Source: Elusimicrobia bacterium HGW-Elusimicrobia-1 | GTDB lineage: Bacteria > Elusimicrobiota > Endomicrobiia > PHAN01 | Direction of reading: 5' to 3' | DNA length: 64,000 nucleotides | NCBI GenBank assembly: GCA_002841695.1 | Contig: PHAN01000003.1 | Coordinates: 164,849 to 228,848, forward strand | In this document: positions 45,303 to 57,249 of the stretch, in pieces | Position numbering within the stretch: the stretch's first letter is position 1 | How the letters are laid out: each line of letters begins with the position of its first letter | The notes under the pieces: model-generated | What the model was told of the DNA's origin: nothing | What the model saw: the letters and a program-made list of their open reading frames with translations, nothing else | Database searches by the model: none | Made by a program: the position numbers and the translations under genes

Positions 45303-45989
45303 ATGAAAATTTTCATCGATACCGCCGATCCCGCCGCCATAAAAAAATTCGCGGACATGGGCATTTTGGCCGGCGTTACGACAAACCCGACTCTTCTGGT
45401 AAAACAAATGTCGTCTTCTTCCGGCGCGCCGGCTGCGTCGGAAAGCGCTTTCGCCAGACAGAAGGCCATACTCAAAGAAATCTGCGACGTCGCCGTCTGC
45501 GATGTCCTTGCCGAGCCGGTCAGCGTCGACGCCGAAAATATAATCTCCGAGGCCGCATTCCTCTGTTCAATTTCAAAAAGAATCGTGGCCAAAATACCGC
45601 TTACCGCCGAGGGACTAAAGGCGGCCGCCGTTCTTAAAAAAAGAAATATCCGCGTGGCTTTTACGCTTGTTTTTTCCGCGGAACAGGCAATACTTGCCGC
45701 CGCCGCCGGAGCCGATTATATTTGTCCGTTTGTGGGCCGGCTCGACGACGCCGGACAAAAAGGCGTCGAAGTCATAGGCGATATGGCGTCGATTTACGCG
45801 GCCTCCGGAGTCAAAACGCGGATAGTCGCCGCCTCTATAAGAGGACTGGAGCACGTGACGGCATGCGCCCGTCGCGGGGCTTACGCGGCCACCGTGCCGC
45901 CCGGGATAATCGACGAAATGATAAAGCACGAACTCACCGCCAAAGGCGTGGAAAAATTCACACAGGACTGGTCTAAAGCAGCGCGATGA
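45303..45989 (+). CDS. tal: Transaldolase (TalC/FSA family)
   Basis: IFIDTAD, GVTTNPTL, VAKIP, TLVFS, PFVGRLDD, AASIR. Confidence 0.85.
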   Translation: MKIFIDTADPAAIKKFADMGILAGVTTNPTLLVKQMSSSSGAPAASESAFARQKAILKEICDVAVCDVLAEPVSVDAENIISEAAFLCSISKRIVAKIPLTAEGLKAAAVLKKRNIRVAFTLVFSAEQAILAAAAGADYICPFVGRLDDAGQKGVEVIGDMASIYAASGVKTRIVAASIRGLEHVTACARRGAYAATVPPGIIDEMIKHELTAKGVEKFTQDWSKAAR

Positions 45990-46972
45990 TCGACAAAAAA
46001 ATACTCGCCGAAGCGCGAAGAGTTCTTCTTACCGAAGCCGCCGCCGTCAAAGAACAGACGAGGCATTTGGGCCCGGGGTTTCTTGAAGCCGTAAAGATAA
46101 TCGTGGCCTGCGCGGAAGCGGGCGGCAAGCTTATGGTCACCGGTGTGGGGAAGTCGGGGCTGATAGCAAGAAAAATCTCGGCCACATTCTCGTCGGTGGG
46201 CGTTCCGTCGGTTTTTGCCAACATCACCGAACTCGTTCACGGCGATTTGGGAATGATATCTTCCCGCGACACAGTTCTGGCGCTTTCCTACTCCGGCGAC
46301 TCCGACGAACTCAAAAAAGTCCTGCCTCACGTCCGCGAAATCGGTTCGGGTATTATAGCGATGACCGGCCGCCGCGGATCGTATCTGGGTAAACTCTCCG
46401 ACTGTATTCTTACCGTTGCGGTGGCCAAAGAGGCCTGCCCTTACAATATGGTTCCCACGTCCTCTACGACCTCGATGCTGGCCGTGGGCGACGCTCTTGC
46501 TCTGGCTACCGCAAAAGTAATGGGTTTCAAAAAAGACGATTTCGCAAGATTCCATCCGGGCGGAAACCTCGGCAAGCGTTTGAACTTGAAAGTCGCGGAT
46601 CTTATGCGGAAAGGCCGGAGCAATCCCGTAATAAGAGACACGGCCTCCGTTCCAGCCGCCCTGGCCGCCATGACCGCCTCAAAACTCGGCGCGGTCAGCG
46701 TGGTTGATTCCCGCGGACGTCTCATAGGATATTTTACCGACGGAGACCTGCGCCGCCGCCTGCAAAAAAAGAACGGGGCTTCTGCGCTTTCCGCGCGCAT
46801 ATCCGCGGTGATGACCGCGTCCCCCAAAACGGCCATGCCGGCCCAGAGCGCCTGCGACGCGGCCTCAATGATGAAAAAATACAACTGCGACAATCTGCCC
46901 GTCGTGGATTCTTCCGGCCGCCCCATAGGAATTATCGACGAAAGGGACCTTGTGACATCGGGGCTTATATGA
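45986..46972 (+). CDS. kdsD: Arabinose-5-phosphate isomerase (KpsF/GutQ)
   Basis: GVGKSG, HGDLG, EACP...PTSST, FHPGGNLG, CBS pair. Confidence 0.93.
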   Translation: MIDKKILAEARRVLLTEAAAVKEQTRHLGPGFLEAVKIIVACAEAGGKLMVTGVGKSGLIARKISATFSSVGVPSVFANITELVHGDLGMISSRDTVLALSYSGDSDELKKVLPHVREIGSGIIAMTGRRGSYLGKLSDCILTVAVAKEACPYNMVPTSSTTSMLAVGDALALATAKVMGFKKDDFARFHPGGNLGKRLNLKVADLMRKGRSNPVIRDTASVPAALAAMTASKLGAVSVVDSRGRLIGYFTDGDLRRRLQKKNGASALSARISAVMTASPKTAMPAQSACDAASMMKKYNCDNLPVVDSSGRPIGIIDERDLVTSGLI

Positions 46973-47940
46973 AAAAACTTATCCGGCGCGTTCGTGATAT
47001 GCGCGGCAAAAAAATAATCGTCGTCGGGGATGTAATGGCCGACGCTTTCATTTACGGCAAAGTCACCCGCATATCGCCGGAGGCGCCCGTTCCGGTGGTT
47101 GAGGTCACCGGCGAAAAATATATGCCCGGCGGCGCGGCCAACGTTGCGTCGAACATTGTCGCGGTCGGGGGACGGGCCGTTATACTGGGCTCCGTCGGAG
47201 CCGATACCGCCGGAAGACGGTTGTCCGTCACTCTTAAAGAGCGCGGCATAGACGTAAGCCGCATGATTTCCGACGATTCCAGGCCGACAATAATGAAGAC
47301 CCGCGTAATAGCCCACCATCAGCAGGTAGTGCGTTTCGACAGGGAAATAAAAGGCGATCCGTCGCCCGCGGTGCTTTCCCGTCTGATAGATGGTTTTAAG
47401 TCCGTCGCATCCGCCGCCGACGCGGTGATAATTTCCGACTACGGCAAAGGCGTGATAAACCGCAGAATGCTCGACACCGTAATACCGTATTGCCTGTCCC
47501 GCAAAATTCCCATAACCGTAGACCCCAAAGTGGAACATTTTCTTGATTACAAAAAAGTAACCTGCCTCACGCCCAACCTTTACGAAGCCGCCGACGGTAT
47601 GAAAGCCAAACTGCCATCTTCGGAATCGGCGGTGCGGGCGCTCGGTTCCTCCATAATGAAAGCGCTCCGCTGCCGCACGCTCATAATAACCCGGGGCGAA
47701 AAAGGCATGACGCTTTTCGACGAGGGCGGAAAAATCACCGATATGCCGACCCGCGCCAAAGAAATTTTCGACGTGACAGGCGCCGGCGATACCGTAATAT
47801 CGGTGTTTACGCTTGCGTTGGCCGCCGGATCCTGTTTTAGCGATGCCGCGGAACTTGCCAATTATGCCGCGGGCATAGTGGTGGGCAAACTCGGCACCGC
47901 CACGGTTTCCGCCGACGAACTGACGGAGGCGCTTTCGTGA
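46969..47940 (+). CDS. rfaE1: D-glycero-beta-D-manno-heptose-7-phosphate kinase
   Basis: RISPEAPVPV, GGAANVA, ISDYGKG, DVTGAGDTV. Confidence 0.93.
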   Translation: MKKLIRRVRDMRGKKIIVVGDVMADAFIYGKVTRISPEAPVPVVEVTGEKYMPGGAANVASNIVAVGGRAVILGSVGADTAGRRLSVTLKERGIDVSRMISDDSRPTIMKTRVIAHHQQVVRFDREIKGDPSPAVLSRLIDGFKSVASAADAVIISDYGKGVINRRMLDTVIPYCLSRKIPITVDPKVEHFLDYKKVTCLTPNLYEAADGMKAKLPSSESAVRALGSSIMKALRCRTLIITRGEKGMTLFDEGGKITDMPTRAKEIFDVTGAGDTVISVFTLALAAGSCFSDAAELANYAAGIVVGKLGTATVSADELTEALS

Positions 47941-47989
47941 CGAGGCGCCCGCCGACGGCTGTTATTTGTCGGGCGGCGGCGGACGACCT

Positions 47990-50315
<2,326 letters not shown>

Positions 50316-50340
50316 ACCTAAGACTTTGCGGATATTTCGA

Positions 50341-50437
50341 TTGTCATTGCGAGCCGCACATAGGGTGGCGCGGCAATCCCGCTTTTGTGAGTAGGGACAG
50401 GTCGCGACCTGTCCCTACAAAATCCTCGCAATGACAA
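50341..50437. repeat. GTCATTGCGAG-family palindromic element with a nested 28-bp GTAG-type palindrome
   Basis: TTGTCATTGCGAG/CTCGCAATGACAA termini; GTAGGGACAGGTCG-CGACCTGTCCCTAC at 50391-50418. Confidence 0.85.
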
Positions 50438-50485
50438 ATGGAGCAATTACGACTTTAACGTAAAAGGTTTAACGGAGACAAAATC

Positions 50486-50731
50486 ATGAAATGCCCGAAA
50501 TGCGGAACGGAAAACAAGGACAATGCCCGTTTCTGTAAACGATGCAAGACCAGATTCGACGCGGCTCCGGTCAAAGCGGAAGTAATCTGGCGGCCCGACT
50601 GGAAGTGGCATTTGAAAACCCTGTCGATAATATACGCGATTCTGATAGTGCTTTTTTTCGCCGCGAATTATCTGCTGAAACCCTATATGAGGCAAATACC
50701 GGAGGACTCCACCCCGTGGCTCAAAAAATAG
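50486..50731 (+). CDS. Zinc-ribbon membrane protein
   Basis: MKCPKCGTENKDNARFCKRC followed by one TM helix. Confidence 0.8.
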   Translation: MKCPKCGTENKDNARFCKRCKTRFDAAPVKAEVIWRPDWKWHLKTLSIIYAILIVLFFAANYLLKPYMRQIPEDSTPWLKK

Positions 50732-51528
50732 ATTGGGGCCTTAAATTCTACCGCGACGTCCTGAAACTCGATTCTCTGCATTTCGGATATTGGGAGGCGA
50801 CGGACGAACTCACGCTGGAAAACATGCGCCGCGCGCAGGATCGCTACACGGAACATCTTCAGGAGATGATCCCCGACGGCGTCAAAAAAATTCTTGATTC
50901 CGGATGCGGCACCGGCGTCGTGGCGCGACGTCTGAAGGATTCCGGATACGACGTCACCAGCATTACGCCCGACGAATACCAGGCGACCCTTTTTGCCCGA
51001 CGGAATCCGGATATTGATTTCCGGTGGACGCGCCTGGAGGACTTCCGCGCCGACGCGCCGTACGACCTGGCGCTGTTTTCCGAGAGTTTTCAGTACGTGG
51101 GCATCGACGCCGCCCTCGACAAATGCCTGGAAATTCTGAAAGACGGCGGTTACATAATAATCTCCGATTACTTCCGCAAGACGCGCGAACCATACTACCG
51201 CACCTGCCACGTGGAAAGCGATTTTTTGGAAGCCGTCGCGCGGCGTTCTCTTACGATTCTTGAAACCCGCGACATAACGGATAAAGCCGCGCCCACACTT
51301 TCGCTGGGAGCCCGGATATATTCCGAGTATGCCCTGCCGACACTTGAAATAATCACCGGCTACGCGGCCGAAAAACATCCTCTTCTGAGCCGGCTTCTCG
51401 CCGCGTTGTTCTACTTTCCGCTTAAAAAAGTCCGCGGTTATCTCTACGAAAGAATGACCGACAAAGTAGACGCCGCCAAATTCCGCCGGCTTATGACTTA
51501 CAAGGTCTTTGTGCTGAAAAAAATTTGA
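50716..51528 (+). CDS. Class I SAM-dependent methyltransferase
   Basis: GGAGG before GTG; LHFGYW, ILDSGCGTG, FSESFQY. Confidence 0.85.
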   Translation: MAQKIDWGLKFYRDVLKLDSLHFGYWEATDELTLENMRRAQDRYTEHLQEMIPDGVKKILDSGCGTGVVARRLKDSGYDVTSITPDEYQATLFARRNPDIDFRWTRLEDFRADAPYDLALFSESFQYVGIDAALDKCLEILKDGGYIIISDYFRKTREPYYRTCHVESDFLEAVARRSLTILETRDITDKAAPTLSLGARIYSEYALPTLEIITGYAAEKHPLLSRLLAALFYFPLKKVRGYLYERMTDKVDAAKFRRLMTYKVFVLKKI

Positions 51529-51544
51529 CGAAACCCGTCGATAC

Positions 51545-52081
51545 ATGAAAAAAATATCCCGCTTGATATCCGATAAACTCAAAAAAATCAAAGTCGTAAT
51601 CACCGATGTCGACGGAGTTATGACCGCGGGCGAGATAATAATTCTGGCCGGCGGCGATCTTAAAATCTGGAATGTCCGCGACCGCCTGGCGCTCGCATTC
51701 CTGAAAAACGCCGGGTCGCCCGTTTCAATGGCCTTCGTCACCGGACGTTCCTCCGAAGACGTTCGCCTTCGCGCCGCCGAATTCGGAGCGTCCGTTTACG
51801 AACAGTGTTCCGACAAAAAAAAGGCGTTTGACTCCATAGTGGCCGCCGCGGGCGTCCGTCCCGACGAAGCCGTCTGCATAGGCGACGACATAATAGACCT
51901 GCCGATGCTGGCCGCCGCCGGTCTCTCCGTATGCCCGTCCGACGCCGCTCCGGAAGTCAAAAAAATCTGCGATATAAAACTTCGGGCCGCCGGCGGCAGG
52001 GGGGCTTTCAGAGAATTCGCGGAAATGCTGCTTAAATCCCGCGGACTCTGGGAGCGCGCCATAGAACCTTACAAACCGTGA
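51545..52081 (+). CDS. kdsC: Kdo-8-phosphate phosphatase
   Basis: TDVDGVMT, IGDDIIDLP, GGRGAFRE. Confidence 0.93.
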   Translation: MKKISRLISDKLKKIKVVITDVDGVMTAGEIIILAGGDLKIWNVRDRLALAFLKNAGSPVSMAFVTGRSSEDVRLRAAEFGASVYEQCSDKKKAFDSIVAAAGVRPDEAVCIGDDIIDLPMLAAAGLSVCPSDAAPEVKKICDIKLRAAGGRGAFREFAEMLLKSRGLWERAIEPYKP

Positions 52082-53001
52082 CCCCGCCAAAAAGAAAACT
52101 ATCGAAGCGGCTGTCCGACCTTTTTTTGTATTTTTCCGTAGTCATTTTAAGACGGATGTTTTTGCTGCTGCCTCTGGCCGCAGCCGTGCGGCTGGGCGCG
52201 TTTCTGGGACGGCTGGGTTTTTATTTCGACAGGACCGGCTCGGCCGTCGCGCTTGATAACCTGGCCGCCTCGTATCCGGAACTCTCGCCGTCGGGGGTGC
52301 GCAAACTTTGTCTGGCCGCCTACGCCAATCAGGGGAAGAACTTTGCCGAGTTCGTGAGTTTTCCCAAATACGACGGCTCAAGAATCCGCGAGTTGGTGTC
52401 TTTCGAGGGCGAGGAAATTCTGGCCGAAGCCCGCAAACGCGGCCGCGGCACTATGATAATAACCGCGCATTTCGGCAACTGGGAGCTTTTGGGCGCGGCG
52501 CTGGCCGACCGCGGCTATCCGTTGACGGTGATGGCCAAAAGATTTTACATCCCCGAGATTAACGACATAGTGGTACGCAACCGCGCCGGAGCGGGAATAA
52601 ACCTGATAATGCGCGCGGCGGAGTATTCGGGTAGGGACATAATTAAAACGCTGCGCTCGAACCATCTGCTCGGAATGATAATAGACCAGGACACCGACGT
52701 TCCGGGCGTTTTCGTGAATTTTTTCGGGCGGGATGCATACACGCCCGCGGGCGCGGCGTCCATAGCTCTTAAAATGGATTGTTCCGTCGTCTATGTTTTT
52801 ATCGAGAGGGAATCGCTTCTCGGCCACAGGGTTTGCGTGGAAGGCCCCGTGGAACTTATGAGAACCGGCGACGAACAAAAGGACGCTTTGGAGAACACGC
52901 GGATATTCACCGCCAAAATCGAGGAATACGTCCGCCGACGTCCCGAACAATGGGTTTGGTATCACAAAAGATGGAAAACAAAAAGGAACGACAAAAATTG
53001 A
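52078..53001 (+). CDS. lpxL: Lipid A late acyltransferase (LpxL/HtrB family)
   Basis: TAHFGNWE, IDQD, V.FFG, PEQWVWYHKRWK. Confidence 0.88.
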   Translation: MTPPKRKLSKRLSDLFLYFSVVILRRMFLLLPLAAAVRLGAFLGRLGFYFDRTGSAVALDNLAASYPELSPSGVRKLCLAAYANQGKNFAEFVSFPKYDGSRIRELVSFEGEEILAEARKRGRGTMIITAHFGNWELLGAALADRGYPLTVMAKRFYIPEINDIVVRNRAGAGINLIMRAAEYSGRDIIKTLRSNHLLGMIIDQDTDVPGVFVNFFGRDAYTPAGAASIALKMDCSVVYVFIERESLLGHRVCVEGPVELMRTGDEQKDALENTRIFTAKIEEYVRRRPEQWVWYHKRWKTKRNDKN

Positions 53002-53522
53002 CAATAGCATCCGCCCCGGCCTTTTTGGCGGTTTTACCCCTGATTTTTATGACAGCATCGGGGTGCGCCCGTCGGGAAGCGCCCGCGTCCGTACCGGGTA
53101 CTGCCGTAGCGACGGAATCCATAAACGATTTCCGTCTCAAACAGATGCGCGGCGGGAAGGTAGCGTGGGAACTTAAGGCCTCGTCGGCGAGTTTTCTGAC
53201 CGAAGACGAGGTAGCTCTGGAAAATCCTGTTTTAAGAATTCCGCAGGAAGGCGGCGCGTCGAGCGTTGTGCGGGCCGCGCGCGGAAGGGTCGTTATGAGC
53301 ACCTCGGAGATTCAAACCTTCGGAGACACGGAGTTGACCGGGCCGGACAAGATTGTCCGCGCGACCGACATCGTCTATATTCCTTCGGAGGATAAAATAT
53401 CCACGTCCAAGGGCGTCGTCATAATCACGCCCGACTCGGAAATACGCGGCGATTCCATGGTTTCGGATTCGCGGCTTGAAGTTATAACTTTGACAAACCA
53501 GCGCGTCAAATTAAAAAAATGA
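52998..53522 (+). CDS. lptC: LPS export protein LptC
   Basis: Position before lptA/lptB; WELKA.SA, VRAARG beta-jellyroll pattern; TTG start inferred. Confidence 0.75.
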   Translation: MTIASAPAFLAVLPLIFMTASGCARREAPASVPGTAVATESINDFRLKQMRGGKVAWELKASSASFLTEDEVALENPVLRIPQEGGASSVVRAARGRVVMSTSEIQTFGDTELTGPDKIVRATDIVYIPSEDKISTSKGVVIITPDSEIRGDSMVSDSRLEVITLTNQRVKLKK

Positions 53523-54169
53523 AGAGTATATTCGCGGCAATGGCGGCGGCGTTTTTTATTGTTTCCGTCATTTCCGCCGACGAGGTTCGCGTTACCGGCA
53601 AAACAATGAATATGATGCCTTCGCGCGACACTATGGTTTTCACCGGCGACGCTCTCGTCGAACATTCCAGTTTTACACTCAAGGCCGACCGCATCGTAAC
53701 CCGCGACGCTCACAATGAAATAGAAGCCGCGGGCAATGTGAGCGTGGCGCTCAAGGCATCCTCCGACGCGCTTCGCGGCGACGAGGGGGCGTATTCTTCT
53801 AAAACAGGCATAGGTTTATTGAGGGGAAATCCGGCGTATTTGAAGTCAATTTCGGCCGAAGGCAAAAAATCGGAGCTTACGGCGCCGCTTCTGGAGTGGA
53901 GCACGCACACCGTCACCGCCAAAGGAGAATCCGTCCTTAAGCGCGACGATATGGAGCTCAAATCGGAGTTTATGAACTACGACCGCTCCGGCGGGATTTT
54001 TACGGCTTCTGTGGTCAGACGGCTGTTTATAAACGAAGATGGACACACGTTGATATTCAGCGCCCAAAAAATGATTTATTCCGACGATACGGGGGTGGCC
54101 CGTCTTGAGGGCAAAGTCAAAGGACGCATACTGGCGGCAAAACAAACGAAAGCGGGCGGTCCAAAATGA
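53519..54169 (+). CDS. lptA: LptA/OstA-family protein
   Basis: Signal peptide; FTGDALV...LKADRI...EAAGNV, LRGNP. Confidence 0.75.
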   Translation: MKSIFAAMAAAFFIVSVISADEVRVTGKTMNMMPSRDTMVFTGDALVEHSSFTLKADRIVTRDAHNEIEAAGNVSVALKASSDALRGDEGAYSSKTGIGLLRGNPAYLKSISAEGKKSELTAPLLEWSTHTVTAKGESVLKRDDMELKSEFMNYDRSGGIFTASVVRRLFINEDGHTLIFSAQKMIYSDDTGVARLEGKVKGRILAAKQTKAGGPK

Positions 54170-54885
54170 GTTTAAAATCCGTCGGATTGAAGAAAATATA
54201 CGGCAAACGGGTTGTCGCCGGGGACATCAGCATAAATGTCGAACCGGGGGAGATTGTGGGACTGCTGGGGCCCAACGGCGCCGGCAAAACTACGACTTTT
54301 TATATGATAGTGGGAATGGTGCGGCCCACTTCCGGCGAGGTTTTTATCGACGGCCTGGCCGCTTCCGCCCTGCCCATTTATCTTCGCGCTCGCCACGGTG
54401 TGGGCTATCTGCCTCAGGAGCCGTCTATTTTCCGCAATCTTACCGTGGAAGAAAATCTCATGGCCATACTCGAAATGCTCGGCACCGATCCCGCCGGGCG
54501 CAAAAAAAAGATGGAGCGTTCGCTTGAAGAAATGGGACTCAGCCGTCTTGCCAAATCAAAAGCATGGCAGCTTTCGGGCGGAGAGAAACGTCGCTGCGAG
54601 GTTGCCCGCGCGCTTCTGAGCGACCCCAAATATCTTCTTCTCGACGAACCTTTCGTAGGCATCGACCCTAAAACTGTCGCCGATATCCAGGAGATAATAA
54701 AGAATATTAAGAGCCGCGGCCTCGGTGTGCTCATTACCGACCACAACGTCAGGGAGACGTTGAGCGTGACCGACCGCTCTTATATAATGTACGACGGCTC
54801 CATACTTATGGAAGGCGCCGCGGACGAACTTGCCAATTCGTCCAAAGTGCGGGAAGTTTATCTTGGCGAAAGATTTAAAATGTAG
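54166..54885 (+). CDS. lptB: LPS export ABC ATPase
   Basis: GLLGPNGAGKTTTFYM, YLPQEPSIFR, LSGGE, ITDHNVRETL, VYLGE.F. Confidence 0.97.
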   Translation: MSLKSVGLKKIYGKRVVAGDISINVEPGEIVGLLGPNGAGKTTTFYMIVGMVRPTSGEVFIDGLAASALPIYLRARHGVGYLPQEPSIFRNLTVEENLMAILEMLGTDPAGRKKKMERSLEEMGLSRLAKSKAWQLSGGEKRRCEVARALLSDPKYLLLDEPFVGIDPKTVADIQEIIKNIKSRGLGVLITDHNVRETLSVTDRSYIMYDGSILMEGAADELANSSKVREVYLGERFKM

Positions 54886-54969
54886 GCGCCGGAATTTTCG
54901 TTTTGCCTCGGAATAATGTAAAATTCCGGTTGATTCTCCGGTCAGACGGACTAAAAGGCAGGGTAACTT

Positions 54970-55503
54970 ATGGAATTTAATATCATTGCCAGACGATTCG
55001 CTCTTACGCAGTCGATAGCCGATTACGCTCAAAAAAAGGTAACGGCCACGGTTTCCAAGATTCGTCCCGCGGCGACCAAGGTGCACGTGATATTGGCGGT
55101 GGAAAAGAAGTATCTTCACACCGTCGAGATAGTCGTGCAGTCGCCGCACGGGAAATTTTTATCCAAAAGTCATTCGGAGGATCTCTATGCAGCAATCGAC
55201 CTTGCCTGCGGGAAGCTCTCCAAGCAGCTTAAAAAATATAAAGAGAAGATGAAGGACCATCACCGTCGTCCCGCGATTCGCGATCTGGCGCCGGCGGCGG
55301 TCTCGGTTTTCGAGCGCGGCACTAACGAAATAGCCGAAACCAAGAGTTTTGACATAAGGGAACTCACTCCCGACGCCGCCGTGGAAAAAATGCTTGATTC
55401 CGAGTATAATTTTTACGTGTTCAAGAACTCCGAATCCGGGTCCGTCAGCATTGTCTACAAAAGAAGCGACGGCACTTTCGGAATGATAGAATTAAATATA
55501 TAA
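54970..55503 (+). CDS. hpf: Ribosome hibernation promoting factor (long HPF)
   Basis: DLYAAIDLA..KL..QLKKYKEK; C-domain FYVFKN....SIVYKRSDG.FG. Confidence 0.9.
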   Translation: MEFNIIARRFALTQSIADYAQKKVTATVSKIRPAATKVHVILAVEKKYLHTVEIVVQSPHGKFLSKSHSEDLYAAIDLACGKLSKQLKKYKEKMKDHHRRPAIRDLAPAAVSVFERGTNEIAETKSFDIRELTPDAAVEKMLDSEYNFYVFKNSESGSVSIVYKRSDGTFGMIELNI

Positions 55504-55574
55504 TATCCGTCCGCCGCTTTCCGCCGACGGGTCAGTGTGTTGATTTTGCCGCATAAAAGATTGGAGGAGCAAAG

Positions 55575-56033
55575 ATGAAGTTGCTTGACTTGCTTGATAA
55601 AGAGAACATAATGCTTGATTTGAAGTCGCGGGACAAGAAGTCCGCGATCAAAGAGATGATAAAGGTGTTGGCCGACTCCGGGAAAGTAAAGAATCCGGAT
55701 ACGGTTTTTCAGGCGGTCTACGATCGCGAAAAAATCGGTTCCACCGGCATAGGGCAGAACGTCGCCATCCCGCACGGCAAGACATCCGAGGTAAAGGGCA
55801 TCGTCGGCGCGCTGGGCATATCCAAGAAAGGCGTGGAATTCCAGTCGCTCGACGGCGAGGCCGTCAATATCATATTTCTTCTTCTGGGACCCGAAGACGT
55901 CAGCGGAGAGCATTTAAAAGCGCTGGCGCGCGTGGCCCGTCTCTTTAAGGACAAGTTTTTCAGAGAGGCGCTCAAACACGCCGAGTCCGTGGATAAAATC
56001 TCTGAAATAATCAAGAAAGAAGACGTCTACTGA
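55575..56033 (+). CDS. ptsN: PTS EIIA (Ntr/Fru type)
   Basis: REKIGSTGIG.NVAIPHG; HLKALARVAR. Confidence 0.85.
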   Translation: MKLLDLLDKENIMLDLKSRDKKSAIKEMIKVLADSGKVKNPDTVFQAVYDREKIGSTGIGQNVAIPHGKTSEVKGIVGALGISKKGVEFQSLDGEAVNIIFLLLGPEDVSGEHLKALARVARLFKDKFFREALKHAESVDKISEIIKKEDVY

Positions 56034-56078
56034 AATCAGTCCGCCGACCCTTTTCTTTCAATCCCGCCTTTCTCAACC

Positions 56079-57014
56079 ATGAACGAAATCGAGGTCTTGA
56101 GTTTTTATAACGACAAAAGAGACGCCCTTAAGCTGGAGGTAATAGCCGGCGAAACGGGACTCGGCCGTAAAATAAGAACATCCGAGATCAACCGGCTGTC
56201 GCTGGCCATCTGCGGTTTTTTCGAGTACTATCCGCGCGAACGAATTCAGATACTGGGTCTGGGCGATCATCTGTATTTATCCAAACTCGACCGGACGCGC
56301 CGACGCGAGGTTCTCGAAAAAGCCCTTGAGGGCGACGTCATACCGGCCGTAATAATTTCGGGCAATTTTTCTCCGCACATAGAAGTCGTCGAGATATGCA
56401 ATAAGAACCGCCTTCCGCTTTTCGCAACGACGGCCGAACCCTCGCGCATCATAGGCGAGGTTGTTTTTTATTTGGAAGAATTCCTGTCGCCCAAGATCGC
56501 CCGCCACGGTTCGCTGGTCAGCGTTTACGGTTACGGAGTACTCATAGAGGGCGATTCCGGCGTAGGCAAGTCCGAGTGCGCCATGGGGCTCATCAGGCGC
56601 GGTCACCGGCTCGTCGCCGACGATATAGTGGAAATACGCCGCCATTCCGAAGGCGTGCCGGTGGGCAGAAGCGCCAAGTTTATACAGAATTACATGGAAG
56701 TAAGGGGTCTCGGCATAATAGACGTAATCAACGTTTTCGGCATAAGCGCGGTGCTTGAAAAAGCCGACATCGACCTTGTGATAAGATTCGAGGAGTGGGA
56801 CCCGGCCAAAACGTACGAGCGGCTGGGGCTCGACGAGCAGACGACGGAAATACTCAATATTGCCATCCCATATTTGGTTCTTCCCGTGAAGCCCGGCCGC
56901 GACCTGCCCATATTGGTCGAAGTCGCCGCGCTTAACCAGCACTTGAAGAACCGCGGAATAAACTCGGCCACTATTTTGCAGGAACGGCTCATTAAAACGC
57001 TTTCGTCCAAATAA
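56079..57014 (+). CDS. hprK: HPr kinase/phosphorylase
   Basis: GVLIEGDSGVGKSE, LVADD, EVRGLGII, PVKPGR. Confidence 0.95.
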   Translation: MNEIEVLSFYNDKRDALKLEVIAGETGLGRKIRTSEINRLSLAICGFFEYYPRERIQILGLGDHLYLSKLDRTRRREVLEKALEGDVIPAVIISGNFSPHIEVVEICNKNRLPLFATTAEPSRIIGEVVFYLEEFLSPKIARHGSLVSVYGYGVLIEGDSGVGKSECAMGLIRRGHRLVADDIVEIRRHSEGVPVGRSAKFIQNYMEVRGLGIIDVINVFGISAVLEKADIDLVIRFEEWDPAKTYERLGLDEQTTEILNIAIPYLVLPVKPGRDLPILVEVAALNQHLKNRGINSATILQERLIKTLSSK

Positions 57015-57046
57015 ATTTTTCGGGACGCCGGAGAACAACATACTTT

Positions 57047-57218
57047 GTCATTGGGTAGGGGCGCCCCCCTGTGGTCGCCCTGATAATAGGGCAGACACGG
57101 GGGCCTGCTCCTACAAAAATTATGTCCTCGCAATGGTGTGTGGGATAGTAGTGTGAGCTTTGTAGTGTGAACTTTTAAGTTCGCTTTCGTCGGAGCCCCG
57201 ATAAATCGGGGCGCTACA
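57047..57218. repeat. Composite REP cluster: degenerate GTCATTG...CTCGCAATG shell around a GTAG...CTAC doublet, followed by a TGTAG...CTACA element
   Basis: GTCATTG 57047; GTAGGGGCG...CCTAC 57055-57114; CTCGCAATG 57127; TGTAGTGTGAAC...GCGCTACA 57161-57218. Confidence 0.7.
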
Positions 57219-57249
57219 TTTGGCTAAAAATAGGTTTTTCAACAATCTC

